Positions 25,408-34,784 are shown, counted from the stretch's first letter. The stretch is DNA of 37,284 nucleotides from an uncultured Candidatus Saccharibacteria bacterium (GCA_964605995.1 CAZSEN010000002.1:5350-42633), one strand, 5' to 3'. Numbers and translations are program-made. Notes: generated from the sequence alone by a model not told the origin.

Positions 25408-26640
25408 ATGAAATCAGTCATCATCTGCATTGCATTCACAGCCGCGATAAGTATCTCGGGATATGCGCAAGAAGAATCCGGCATTCGCTTTGAGTCCGAT
25501 TCCTTTTCTGTTTTACTTGTAAAAGCCAAACAAGAACACAAACTCATATTCATCGACTGCTACACCACCTGGTGCGGTCCCTGCAAATGGATGGACAAGA
25601 ACGTGTATCCGAATGATACGGTCGCTGATTTCTATAATGCCAATTTCATCTGCGCCAAGATAGACATGGAGAAAGGAGGGGGAATCGAGCTTGTACAACG
25701 GTACGATATTCACTGCTACCCCACATACCTTTTCATTGATAGTACAGGTGCGGTGGTGCATCGCACAAGCGGAGCGCAAAAAGTACCGGCGTTTGTAGCC
25801 CTCGGCAAAGAAGCACTCACTCCGGAAGATCAATTTGCAACTTACCAGAGTGCATACGACGCAAAGAAACTCACGCCATCTCAATTCGTCGCATACATGG
25901 CAATGCGACAAGCAACCTGTCTCTCCGTTGAATCTGAGATCGACGGATACTTTGCAGGTGATACCGCTGGTCTTGCCGAAAGCCCGTACACATGGATATT
26001 GCTCCGTGATTTTACGTTCCCCCCGCATTCGGTTGCGTGCAGATACCTGATTTCCCATCGGGAATATTTTGAATCCCATCATACTCCGGATTCCGTCAGC
26101 ACAATACTGAAGCGCAGCTACGGCAACGCGATGTTCAAATGTCTGTACAGAAAAGACGAAGGAACAGATACCGCCACATATCAGCAATTGCGGAGAGAAC
26201 TTAACGAACAGCACTTTCCTTTTTCAGTCCGACTCTCTCTTGGCATGGATATGTTTTACTATCAAGCCCTCGGTGATTGGACAACCTATGCCGGCACCGC
26301 CGTCATTTATGTTCATGAATATGCATCTGCCGACCCATTCATGCTCAACAATATCGCCTGGACGTTCTATGAACATATCGACGACACTGTCATGCTCGAC
26401 AGCGCATTGTCCTGGGCGAAGGTGGCAGTTGCACTTGATCCGAACTACTACTATGTCGATACATATGCCGCCGTCCTCTACAAGCGCGGAAGAAATGCCG
26501 AAGCTGAAGTGCAAGCAAAGCGGGCGATTGCACTGGCAAGGGAAGCCAATGACGATCCCGAAGCGAAAAAGAACGGCTACCCTCCGATTGATTATTCGGT
26601 GACGGAGGAATTGCTTGAGAAGATCACATCGGGAAAGTGA
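25408..26640 (+). CDS. secreted thioredoxin-fold protein with C-terminal TPR-like helical domain
   Basis: Signal peptide. FIDCYTTWCGPCKWMDK contains the CGPC active site. C-terminal helical repeats. Confidence 0.8.
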   Translation: MKSVIICIAFTAAISISGYAQEESGIRFESDSFSVLLVKAKQEHKLIFIDCYTTWCGPCKWMDKNVYPNDTVADFYNANFICAKIDMEKGGGIELVQRYDIHCYPTYLFIDSTGAVVHRTSGAQKVPAFVALGKEALTPEDQFATYQSAYDAKKLTPSQFVAYMAMRQATCLSVESEIDGYFAGDTAGLAESPYTWILLRDFTFPPHSVACRYLISHREYFESHHTPDSVSTILKRSYGNAMFKCLYRKDEGTDTATYQQLRRELNEQHFPFSVRLSLGMDMFYYQALGDWTTYAGTAVIYVHEYASADPFMLNNIAWTFYEHIDDTVMLDSALSWAKVAVALDPNYYYVDTYAAVLYKRGRNAEAEVQAKRAIALAREANDDPEAKKNGYPPIDYSVTEELLEKITSGK

Positions 26641-27319
26641 GAAACGTGGCGAGTGTCAAATTGCTCATATCTATCAGAAAAAAATCATGAGATGGAATAT
26701 AGTAATTGAAATAATATTTGGATGTGTATAAAATAAATGTAAAAAGACTTGGATATACCACCCGGATAGTTATACATTGCGTGAATTAAAAAGGAACTAC
26801 GCGCCGACCAACATCCCTTCGCAATACGTTCCTGTCAGTCGCCCTGACTGACTACTCGGGCGGTCAATTTATCAGCGAATTGATCGCAATTTACTCTACG
26901 CGGGTTCTGTAAAGAATCCGCGTAGTTAAATAACTATGCAATCTCCAAAGTGATGTCCGATTTCCTGATTCGCTTCCTGTAATTGCTGATATGGCTCATA
27001 AATCCGAATCAGTATTTGGAGTTGATTAAAAATGACGAAAATTTGTTCCTATATAAATAATAAATGATATACCTTTCCGTTATCGCATTCGTTAATTTCG
27101 CAAGAAGAAGTTTTGAATGTGTCATTCGCGATACCGCTCATTTCCCTCGGCGGTATCCCCGACACGCAAATGGAAGGCAATCGCAAGGCAAAGATGCTTT
27201 GCGTGTTCCGCAGTTTGTGGAGCGAGGTGGGACGGTGAATATGTACATCCGCGAAAATGCCACACAAGTGCGTGGTTGAGTTGCATTGTAGTAATAAGTC
27301 ACATAACATATCACACCCA

Positions 27320-30300
27320 ATGAAAACAAAAATTCTCCTGCTCTCCTGTATGCTTACAAGTGCATTGGCCAGCATTAGTCAGACCACATTGTGCAATCGC
27401 GAATGGGAAACCATTACCGCGCTCCCAGATACAGTAGATCTTACCATGTCGGCGATTGACAATACCGGCTGCGCAATTATTACCGGCAATACGAAAACAA
27501 TCGCGCAAGGAACAAACCTGCTATTGGTAAAATACAACGGTAACGGATCTATCTGTTGGCAGCAACAATATAACGGAGCTGCCAATGGCAGTGATTTTGG
27601 TAGTGCCGTTGTACAGGACAATAGCGGTAATATTTATGTGACCGGAGCAACCTGGGGCGGCAATGTCAATGGCTACGATTTCGTAACTTTAAAGTATAAC
27701 TCGAGTGGAATTTTGCAATGGTCAGTTTTATATAATGGTACGGGAAGCAAAAATGATATTCCGTCGCGTATCGCCGTCGATAACGCGGGGAATGTCTATG
27801 TCACCGGTGCAAGCATCGGGACGGGCAATGCTCTCAATTCTGATTACGCAACAATCAAATATACAGCAAGCGGCGCTCAGGTATGGGTGAAGCGATACAA
27901 CTACATTAACCTTCCAGATATTCCCGTAGGTCTTGTTGTCGATAACAGTGGGAATGTTTTTGTCGGGGGGACAAGCGCAAGCAGTTTTTTCAATTCTGAT
28001 TTCGCAGTGATTAAATACAATGCGGCGGGGACGCAGGTAGGTGTCTATCGTCATACTGTTCCGGGAAATGGATACGATAAGGCAACAGCGATCAGACTCG
28101 ATAACAACGGCAATGTATTTCTCTCTGGCGCAGTGCTTCAGGGATCGCCAACAAGCGATTTTGCGCTTGTTAAGCTCAGCAACGTATTGTCGTTCCAGTG
28201 GGTGCAGTATTACGACGGTGAAAGTCTTGATGATTGTGCGAATGCGCTTGAAGTTGATGCATGGGGCGATCCGGTAGTAACCGGCTGGACGAAAAAGCAA
28301 AACGGTGGCAAAGATTTTACTACGATTCGGTATTCAGGAACAGGTGCGCTCCAATGGATTCGCCGTGAAGCCGCTGCGATCTCCTCCAATTTCGGCGAAG
28401 CACACACTCTTGCAATCGACAACAACGGCGACGTGTTTGTGAGTGGAGAAATGACAAGTGCCCTCGGCAACAAGGATTTTCTGACGATCAAGTACACGAG
28501 TGGGGGAATAAAAGAATGGCAGAATTTCTTCAACAATCCATTCAATGCCGGAGATAAGTCCTACACGCTCTCCATGCGCAATAACATCCTTTATGCATGC
28601 GGTAAATCTTGCACAGGAGCGAATGATCAGTATGCGACTGTCAAATATTCTTTTCTCAATGCTCCACTCCTTGCCGATACAACTGTGCCTGGGACTGCAC
28701 CATTTGCAAAAGGCGAAGTTATTGTGCGCTTCGATCCAATTTCAGTAATCCCGACAAAAGTAAACGACAAGGATATTCAGTTTGGTTACGTTCACGAATT
28801 CATAACTCCTGCAGCGATTGCTGTAATGAATAACAAACTCCATACTGACGTAACTGATTGGCGAATCGCAAAAATTTTCCTTGATCTTACGACGCTGGAT
28901 ACCATTTCCATTTCACGGACGAATGACACCGTTCCGATTCCGACTTTCTGGGCTGCATTCCGGATTTTTACATCTGGAATGCCTGATCAGGTTGTCGCTG
29001 ATTCTCTCAATCATTGTCAACCAGAACTCTGGTACGCACATCTTAATTTCATCGTTGCGACGCAAAACGTGCCTAATGACAATGAATACAATTTGAATCA
29101 AGGGAGCTTGCATCCGACAACGTTATATCCAGGTGGACATATCAACATGGAACCGGCGTGGGACATAGAGCGAGGAAATTCCAACATTCGCGTTGGTATT
29201 TACGATACAGGAATTGATCAATTGCATCCTGAATTACAAGGCCGTGTAGTTGGAGGATATAATTACAGCACTAATACAGCACTATCAACACCGTATGATA
29301 ATTTCGGTCATGGAACTTCTTGTGCAGGTATTGTCGGTGCAAAACGAAACAACTCTGCAGGTATTGCAGGTATTGCGGGAGGAGATGGAACACCGCTGTT
29401 TGACGGAGTGCAATTATTCGATATGCACATCTTAGAACCTAATGCTACAGTGTCACTTATTTGTAACGCGATTACGGGTGGCGCGACAAGCGTAGCACAA
29501 GGAGGATTCGGCTTAAACATTATGAGTAACAGTTGGGCGGCTGGCGTGGGTGCTTGCCAAGCGTGTTTCAACCAACAGGAAATAAGCCTTATGAAAGATG
29601 CTGTGCGATATGCTGCTCGGAATAAGGTAGTTTTTGCAGCATCACGAGGAAATGACGGAAACACAGACCTGCTTTTTCCAGCGTGCTACCCCGACGAGTT
29701 TGTTCTAAATGTCGGCGCGACCGGGACGAACGGCGAGTATAAAGATCTCTCAAATGGTGATCCGTACTCGTCCAGTTACGATGGAGGGATCGACTTCTGT
29801 GCACCTGGCACTACGCAACTCGTGTATACTACCGAGTCGGGAACAGGGAGCTATCATACCTTCAACGGAACTTCTGCTGCTTGTCCACATGTTGCAGGAA
29901 CCGCTGCACTGATGTTGAGTCAGAACAATACGCCTTCAATTCCATTCCTCTTCCATCTTCAACCGGAAGATGTGGAACATATACTTCAGGGCACGGCGAC
30001 CGATCTGACAGGCGGTTCAGCGTCGCCTGGATACGATGCTTATACTGGGTACGGCCGTATCAATGCAGGTTCTGCCCTTGATGAAACAGATTATCCCAAG
30101 TATAAAGTATATCACTATGGTACAGCAGAAAACTCCACAGGTTACGTTATTACACCCTCTCTTTATTTATCAGGCGTTTCAGTAATTCTTCCTAACAGCT
30201 ATCAAAGCGTTGCTGCGGGAATTTATGAAGCAGATATTCATAAGGTAACGCACACGATTAACTTTACACCAATTCCGGGGAATGAGGTAATCTTGGGAAT

Positions 30301-30814
30301 ATGGCCACGGTATAATTCTTCTTTTGGATGGAGTTTGGCAAACCCGCTTGGTACTGAGGCGTGGAGCAATATCGTTTCTTTTACGAACGGTCAAGTGATC
30401 ATGGAAACGTATTTCTACCATTTTACGCAGAACTCAACAACCCAGCAGACAATGAATCTCTACCTGCCTTCAACACAATTCGGAACTAAGGCGGCAATCA
30501 GCATCATGACGTATGATCCGAATGCCGTAGGTGTTGCGGAGAATTCTGAGCCTGGATTTACGATTAGTGAACCGTTCCCTAATCCAGCCAATGATAACGT
30601 CAATCTATATGTTACTTTACAAGATCATACTTCAGTGACTGTCGATCTTTTTGATATGGAGGGGCGACTTGTAAAAACGCAGCAGGAAGGCGAACTTCCA
30701 GCGGGAGTGCATCTCATCGAAATGCAGACCGCCGAAATTTCTGAAGGTGTGTATTTCATGAAAGTAACTACTGGAAAAGGAACGCTACCGAAAAAAATAC
30801 TTATCGTCCATTAA
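27320..30814 (+). CDS. S8 subtilisin-family peptidase with N-terminal SBBP beta-propeller repeats and T9SS C-terminal sorting domain
   Basis: Repeats of the form YNG..NG.D...A...D..GN.YVTG. Catalytic VGIYDTGID, HGTSCAGIVGA and NGTSAACPHVAG. C-terminal FPNPANDNVNLYV...GVYFMKV...KKILIVH matches the Por-secretion tail pattern. ATG at 27320. Confidence 0.9.
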   Translation: MKTKILLLSCMLTSALASISQTTLCNREWETITALPDTVDLTMSAIDNTGCAIITGNTKTIAQGTNLLLVKYNGNGSICWQQQYNGAANGSDFGSAVVQDNSGNIYVTGATWGGNVNGYDFVTLKYNSSGILQWSVLYNGTGSKNDIPSRIAVDNAGNVYVTGASIGTGNALNSDYATIKYTASGAQVWVKRYNYINLPDIPVGLVVDNSGNVFVGGTSASSFFNSDFAVIKYNAAGTQVGVYRHTVPGNGYDKATAIRLDNNGNVFLSGAVLQGSPTSDFALVKLSNVLSFQWVQYYDGESLDDCANALEVDAWGDPVVTGWTKKQNGGKDFTTIRYSGTGALQWIRREAAAISSNFGEAHTLAIDNNGDVFVSGEMTSALGNKDFLTIKYTSGGIKEWQNFFNNPFNAGDKSYTLSMRNNILYACGKSCTGANDQYATVKYSFLNAPLLADTTVPGTAPFAKGEVIVRFDPISVIPTKVNDKDIQFGYVHEFITPAAIAVMNNKLHTDVTDWRIAKIFLDLTTLDTISISRTNDTVPIPTFWAAFRIFTSGMPDQVVADSLNHCQPELWYAHLNFIVATQNVPNDNEYNLNQGSLHPTTLYPGGHINMEPAWDIERGNSNIRVGIYDTGIDQLHPELQGRVVGGYNYSTNTALSTPYDNFGHGTSCAGIVGAKRNNSAGIAGIAGGDGTPLFDGVQLFDMHILEPNATVSLICNAITGGATSVAQGGFGLNIMSNSWAAGVGACQACFNQQEISLMKDAVRYAARNKVVFAASRGNDGNTDLLFPACYPDEFVLNVGATGTNGEYKDLSNGDPYSSSYDGGIDFCAPGTTQLVYTTESGTGSYHTFNGTSAACPHVAGTAALMLSQNNTPSIPFLFHLQPEDVEHILQGTATDLTGGSASPGYDAYTGYGRINAGSALDETDYPKYKVYHYGTAENSTGYVITPSLYLSGVSVILPNSYQSVAAGIYEADIHKVTHTINFTPIPGNEVILGIWPRYNSSFGWSLANPLGTEAWSNIVSFTNGQVIMETYFYHFTQNSTTQQTMNLYLPSTQFGTKAAISIMTYDPNAVGVAENSEPGFTISEPFPNPANDNVNLYVTLQDHTSVTVDLFDMEGRLVKTQQEGELPAGVHLIEMQTAEISEGVYFMKVTTGKGTLPKKILIVH

Positions 30815-31770
30815 TGAAAATAAAGGCAATCATATACACATCACTACTCATCCTTGCTGCCTCGTGCAGCAAGGATGTTGCTCTTTCTCCGGATGGGGAG
30901 TGTTATGATCTGCCACCTTCTACAAGTTGGACGGGCTATAGTTATACATACGCTCAGTATTCATATCTTGCCCCGTGCTTCAACCCGAACAGTGGTGATG
31001 AATTTGTCTACATACGAGAGGTGCGGGACAGTCTTGTGATCGGCGAGTTGCGAATAAAAAATATCATTACCGGCACTGATTTCTCTTTGACGATGGGAGC
31101 ATGGAGAAAACCGAATTGGGGACGGAATGGATGGATACTGTTCAATCACGGTGACAATAATATCTGGAGGATCAAGAGCAATGGCGACAGTCTCACGCAA
31201 CTGACCGTTGATGGCAGCAGCCATGATGCCCGCTGGAATTATGATGCAACGAAATACGTTTTTTGGCAGCGGATTGGGTCGGGGAATTATTACACCATCA
31301 TCGCTGATGCAAACGGCAATCATCTCGATACGTTGACCGATTTTTCGTACTACTACGGCTCTTGGTCGAATGATGATATAAAAATCTCGTCCACTTATGA
31401 CAACGGAAACGAAAGCAGTCCCGCGTATTATGATTTCAATTCCAATCAAATAGTATTTCCTGCCACCGTGCAAGTCTCCGATGCACGTGACAATGTTGGC
31501 GACAGTGATTGGTTTCCGGACTCTCGACGCATACTTTGGAATACAGGGCGAGAAATAAACATTACCGATGTTGTCACACGCGAGACTCGGACAATTAAAT
31601 ATGCGTGCACTTCCAAGCTGTATGTCTGGATGGATGTTTCTCCCGATGGGCAAAAAATTATCACGAGCCGTTGGGATCAGAAGATGGTCGGGGATAATAC
31701 CGTCCATGTCGAGAGTAATATCTACCTCATGAATGCAGATGGCAGCAATGAACAAAAAATAGAATTCTAA
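30814..31770 (+). CDS. lipoprotein with TolB-like/PD40 beta-propeller repeats
   Basis: Lipobox ILAASC. Motifs of the type WFPDSRRILW and VSPDGQKII. TAATG overlap with the S8 gene. Confidence 0.6.
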   Translation: MKIKAIIYTSLLILAASCSKDVALSPDGECYDLPPSTSWTGYSYTYAQYSYLAPCFNPNSGDEFVYIREVRDSLVIGELRIKNIITGTDFSLTMGAWRKPNWGRNGWILFNHGDNNIWRIKSNGDSLTQLTVDGSSHDARWNYDATKYVFWQRIGSGNYYTIIADANGNHLDTLTDFSYYYGSWSNDDIKISSTYDNGNESSPAYYDFNSNQIVFPATVQVSDARDNVGDSDWFPDSRRILWNTGREINITDVVTRETRTIKYACTSKLYVWMDVSPDGQKIITSRWDQKMVGDNTVHVESNIYLMNADGSNEQKIEF

Positions 31771-31782
31771 ATCTCATCGCAG

Positions 31783-32469
31783 ATGCGACACCCAATTACT
31801 CTAGTGTGTTCCGCCATCGCGGTAATATTTATCTTGGGTGCGAAGCCTCTTTCGGGTCAGTCGTCTTGGCACAAGGGAATTTCTATTGAAGCCGGTGCGG
31901 GATATAATACTGCCGCCTGGAAGTCAGTCGATCACTTCTTTGATACAACTATCACATTCAAGCGCAATGCATTTTCGCTGCAACCTGCGTTTCGATTATC
32001 GTACACGATACCAGTGGGAAAAGAAGATTCTGCCCGATTAAAACTCACGCCATTTGTAGGCTATTACGTTTTCGGTGGAAAATCATCACCAGATACCTCC
32101 GGGTACGAAGATGTTTTTCTTTGCAATTCGATTGAAGCAGGAATTATCCCTGAATACAGAGTTTGGAGAGGACTACACGTTGGAGTTGGATTCAAGGGGC
32201 AATACATTTTTTCCACAAAGATGAAGCATTACGGTTATTTCGGCCAAGCTGATTCCATCCCGCGCGAGTGGGGTACTCAGGACATTTCTGATCTGTATTA
32301 TTCTTATGCTTTCAATACAGGAGTGCAGGTCAAGTACCGCTTAAAACATCTGACGTTCGCCGCTGAAGGCTGGTTCGGCATTACCAATCTCTTCTCATTC
32401 AAATCTCCTACAATTGATGTGCGGGTGACGGAGAATAATTACCGCATATTGATTGGATATGCTTTTTAG
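31783..32469 (+). CDS. outer-membrane beta-barrel (porin-family) protein
   Basis: Signal peptide, alternating aromatic/hydrophobic strands, and a C-terminal ...ILIGYAF. Confidence 0.6.
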   Translation: MRHPITLVCSAIAVIFILGAKPLSGQSSWHKGISIEAGAGYNTAAWKSVDHFFDTTITFKRNAFSLQPAFRLSYTIPVGKEDSARLKLTPFVGYYVFGGKSSPDTSGYEDVFLCNSIEAGIIPEYRVWRGLHVGVGFKGQYIFSTKMKHYGYFGQADSIPREWGTQDISDLYYSYAFNTGVQVKYRLKHLTFAAEGWFGITNLFSFKSPTIDVRVTENNYRILIGYAF

Positions 32470-32701
32470 AGGTGAAAAATCCTTTGTACGAAATTCAGCC
32501 GCCACCTTGCGCGGTGACAACAATTATTTCAGCTCGCATGTCCAACCTCCTCCTGTACTCGTTACAACGATGATCTGCCGGAAGTCGAGGTCTTGTGTTG
32601 TGATAATAGAGCGGAAGCCGTTGCCAATAGTAGTGACGATTGAACGGAATCCAGAATTATCATAGTTGATTATCATATCTCTAAATTAGTCGCTTTAGCA
32701 A

Positions 32702-32790
32702 AATTTACTAGCCCTGATAGAAGTGTTTTGCCACGCAATAACGAAAGCAGGGGCGAAGATATTTTAATGAACAGAAGTTGCGCTCCGAAT
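32702..32790. repeat. copy 1 of ~89-bp direct repeat (68-nt near-identical core 32723-32790)
   Basis: The core differs from 34043-34110 at 3 positions. Its 3' end runs into a perfect 16-bp palindrome, ccgaataattattcgg (32785-32800). Confidence 0.7.
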
Positions 32791-32965
32791 AATTATTCGG
32801 GTGGATAAGATAGTGCAACACGATGGCATAGTGTACAAAAAAGAACGCTTGGAATACCCTTTATAATTTCCTATCTTAGATACTGTGAACAGAATTCTTG
32901 AAGAATTAATTTTCACCACGTTGAACCGTACGTTGAACTTGACAGATCATTAGAATTTTAGGAAG

Positions 32966-33238
32966 ATGAACACAGAAGTTTCTTCACAAGAAATACAGCC
33001 TGTCATGGACGATAGAAAAATCGCCCATGACTTTTGTCGTTGGGCTAAGAAGCAATCGGAGTGGATTCATTCAGATGAAGGTAAAGCCAGTCTGGAAAGA
33101 ATGAGAGCTGAATTAAGCGGTAAAAAGCAAAAGGTAACAGCCAAGGACATTTTTGAACTGGTGATTTACATCATTACTTTCCCTCTGCGAATTGTAATTA
33201 ATTTATTCCACGTCATTTTCGATGTTCTTGAAAAGTAA
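32966..33238 (+). CDS. hypothetical small protein with C-terminal hydrophobic helix
   Basis: ATG ORF of 90 aa. C-terminal IFELVIYIITFPLRIVINLFHVIF. Confidence 0.45.
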   Translation: MNTEVSSQEIQPVMDDRKIAHDFCRWAKKQSEWIHSDEGKASLERMRAELSGKKQKVTAKDIFELVIYIITFPLRIVINLFHVIFDVLEK

Positions 33239-33863
33239 TGCTCTTATGCGGTTACCCATCCTTACTTTGGTCTTTTTTCTAACCGCAATTGCCAATCTGA
33301 AAGCTGATAGTCTTAATGTTTCCATTGATAAGAGTGGTCAGAGTAGCTTGGATCAATATCATCTCGTTGAGCTTGTTCTTGCCGCAGGTGGTATTCTTAT
33401 TGGTGTGTTGATTGCCAGAAAGCAAAATCAAGTTGGTACAATTACACATTTTAGGGAAAAGTGGCTTACTGAGCTGAGAAGTGCATACTGTGAAAGTATT
33501 GCAATACACGAAGCTATTTGTCAAAGACTCAAATCTCTTCCGAAAGAGTCGAATAAACGAGATCCTAAAGCTGATCCGGATTGGCATAAGCTTCATTTTC
33601 AAACAACGAAGATTAAGTTACTCTTGCATCATAATCCAACCTCTGACGATTGGAAACATCCTGTGTTTTGGGGAATGTTTATGGATTATACCGAACAAAG
33701 CTTTAACAAGTATTCAGGGAGATCGATTACCGAGGAAGAAAAAGAATCACTGGAAACTTTTCGTAATGAAGTAGAAGTTGTATTGTTAGACATTCTAAAA
33801 GATGAATGGGAAAAACTGAAGCTGCTTGAAAAAAGGAAATGGTTTAAAGGCAAGCCCAACTAA
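33222..33863 (+). CDS. membrane-anchored helical protein, unknown function
   Basis: N-terminal signal-like helix plus the TM helix LVELVLAAGGILIGVLIA. Overlaps the upstream ORF. Confidence 0.5.
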   Translation: MFLKSNALMRLPILTLVFFLTAIANLKADSLNVSIDKSGQSSLDQYHLVELVLAAGGILIGVLIARKQNQVGTITHFREKWLTELRSAYCESIAIHEAICQRLKSLPKESNKRDPKADPDWHKLHFQTTKIKLLLHHNPTSDDWKHPVFWGMFMDYTEQSFNKYSGRSITEEEKESLETFRNEVEVVLLDILKDEWEKLKLLEKRKWFKGKPN

Positions 33864-33884
33864 TTAGTCGGGCTTTTATTTTTG
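33852..33884 (+). terminator. intrinsic terminator-like hairpin
   Basis: aagccc (33852-33857) pairs with gggctt (33870-33875), followed by TTTTATTTTT. Confidence 0.5.
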
Positions 33885-34021
33885 TTGCTCCATTCTCGTA
33901 ACCCCAATTCTACACCTTGTTGTTTTTTTAACCATCTTCCTGATTCCATGTCGCGAAAAAGTGTTGTACAGAAAAGAAATTAGCGCAGCATGATAGCGCA
34001 GTAGACAAAAAAGATCAAAAG

Positions 34022-34110
34022 AATTTCTCTAGCCGTGATTGAGTGTTTTGCCACGCAATAACGAAAGCAGGAGCAAAGATATTTTAATGAGCAGAAGTTG
34101 CGCTCCGAAT
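34022..34110. repeat. copy 2 of ~89-bp direct repeat
   Basis: See copy 1. The cores are offset by exactly 1320 bp. Confidence 0.7.
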
Positions 34111-34195
34111 TGTTGTGAATCTACGTTGAACGAATTTTCCATAATCCCTAGCGACTTTGTTTGCCATGACTTGATTAAGTTGGTAATATGAATGG

Positions 34196-34456
34196 ATGAC
34201 CGACGATGAATTCATAAAACTCAATAACCTGCTTGATGCAAAGCTGCAACCATTGAAGGACGACCTTGTGAGCATCAAAGAGGATGTCGAAGCTATTAGA
34301 GAAACGACCCAGGCGACTGCGGTGGCTATTGACAAGCAGATCGGTGTTAACAAGGATCTGGAATCGGAACAGGCCGCTGCACACGGGCAATTGATACGTC
34401 ATGAAGACTGGATTAAAAAACTTGCAGAGAAGACCGAAATAAAACTGGAATATTAA
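34196..34456 (+). CDS. hypothetical coiled-coil protein (86 aa)
   Basis: ATG ORF, heptad-like charged sequence, followed by a terminator. Confidence 0.5.
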   Translation: MTDDEFIKLNNLLDAKLQPLKDDLVSIKEDVEAIRETTQATAVAIDKQIGVNKDLESEQAAAHGQLIRHEDWIKKLAEKTEIKLEY

Positions 34457-34476
34457 AACTCGAAAATTCTCAGACA

Positions 34477-34504
34477 ACAGCACCAGTATCTGGATGCTGT
34501 TTTT
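34477..34504 (+). terminator. intrinsic terminator
   Basis: acagcaccag-tat-ctggatgctgt (one bulge), followed by TTTT. Confidence 0.55.
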
Positions 34505-34548
34505 GATTTCTTACCAGATGACGGAATGAAATTTTCTCAATAAAAACC

Positions 34549-34577
34549 TTGACAAGACATTTCATTCGTGATACTGT
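34549..34577 (+). promoter_or_regulatory. sigma-70-type promoter (extended -10)
   Basis: TTGACA (34549-34554), a 17-nt spacer ending in TGa, and TACTGT (34572-34577). Confidence 0.45.
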
Positions 34578-34583
34578 AAAGTC

Positions 34584-34784
34584 GGTCGTTTATAAAGTTA
34601 AGAACCCACTGTCCCTGAAAGGGGATCAACCGAAAGGTTTGAGGAAACATTGGGTTTGTATTATGACATGGCATTTTAGCACGTTGCGCATGTGATGCCT
34701 AAGTGTCCTGTCCTTTCTTGTAACTGAGAAAGGAACGATTAATGCAAACACCCGCTGATTTCCTCAGTCGGGTGTTTGCATTTT
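34584..34784 (+). ncRNA. candidate ~200-nt non-coding transcript or leader (unit U1)
   Basis: Lies between the promoter and a strong terminator. No ORF longer than about 10 codons. Internal stems include cctttct/agaaagg. Confidence 0.35.
34742..34784 (+). terminator. strong intrinsic terminator ending 3 nt before the next ATG
   Basis: atgcaaacacccg (34742-34754) pairs with cgggtgtttgcat (34769-34781), extended by ctga/tcag, followed by TTT. Confidence 0.6.

Noticed and set aside
25513-26214. Long antisense ORFs opposite well-supported genes (for example 25513-26214, 6596-7174, 8454-9002, 9435-9839, 27728-28300, 30961-31755)
   Set aside because: Each lies entirely within a gene that has strong motif support on the other strand. 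Their compositions are low-complexity or Cys/Arg-rich shadow translations.
32524-32676. 50-aa minus-strand ORF with an internal GFRSI[VI]TT duplication (RiPP or bacteriocin-precursor-like), overlapping a 70-aa plus-strand ORF
   Set aside because: The peptide repeat reflects an imperfect DNA direct repeat (32600-32619 against 32633-32652, 15 of 20 identical) that reads as a repeat in both strands. No maturation genes are adjacent and there is no clear ribosome-binding site. It may be a protein-binding direct repeat, but the evidence is thin.
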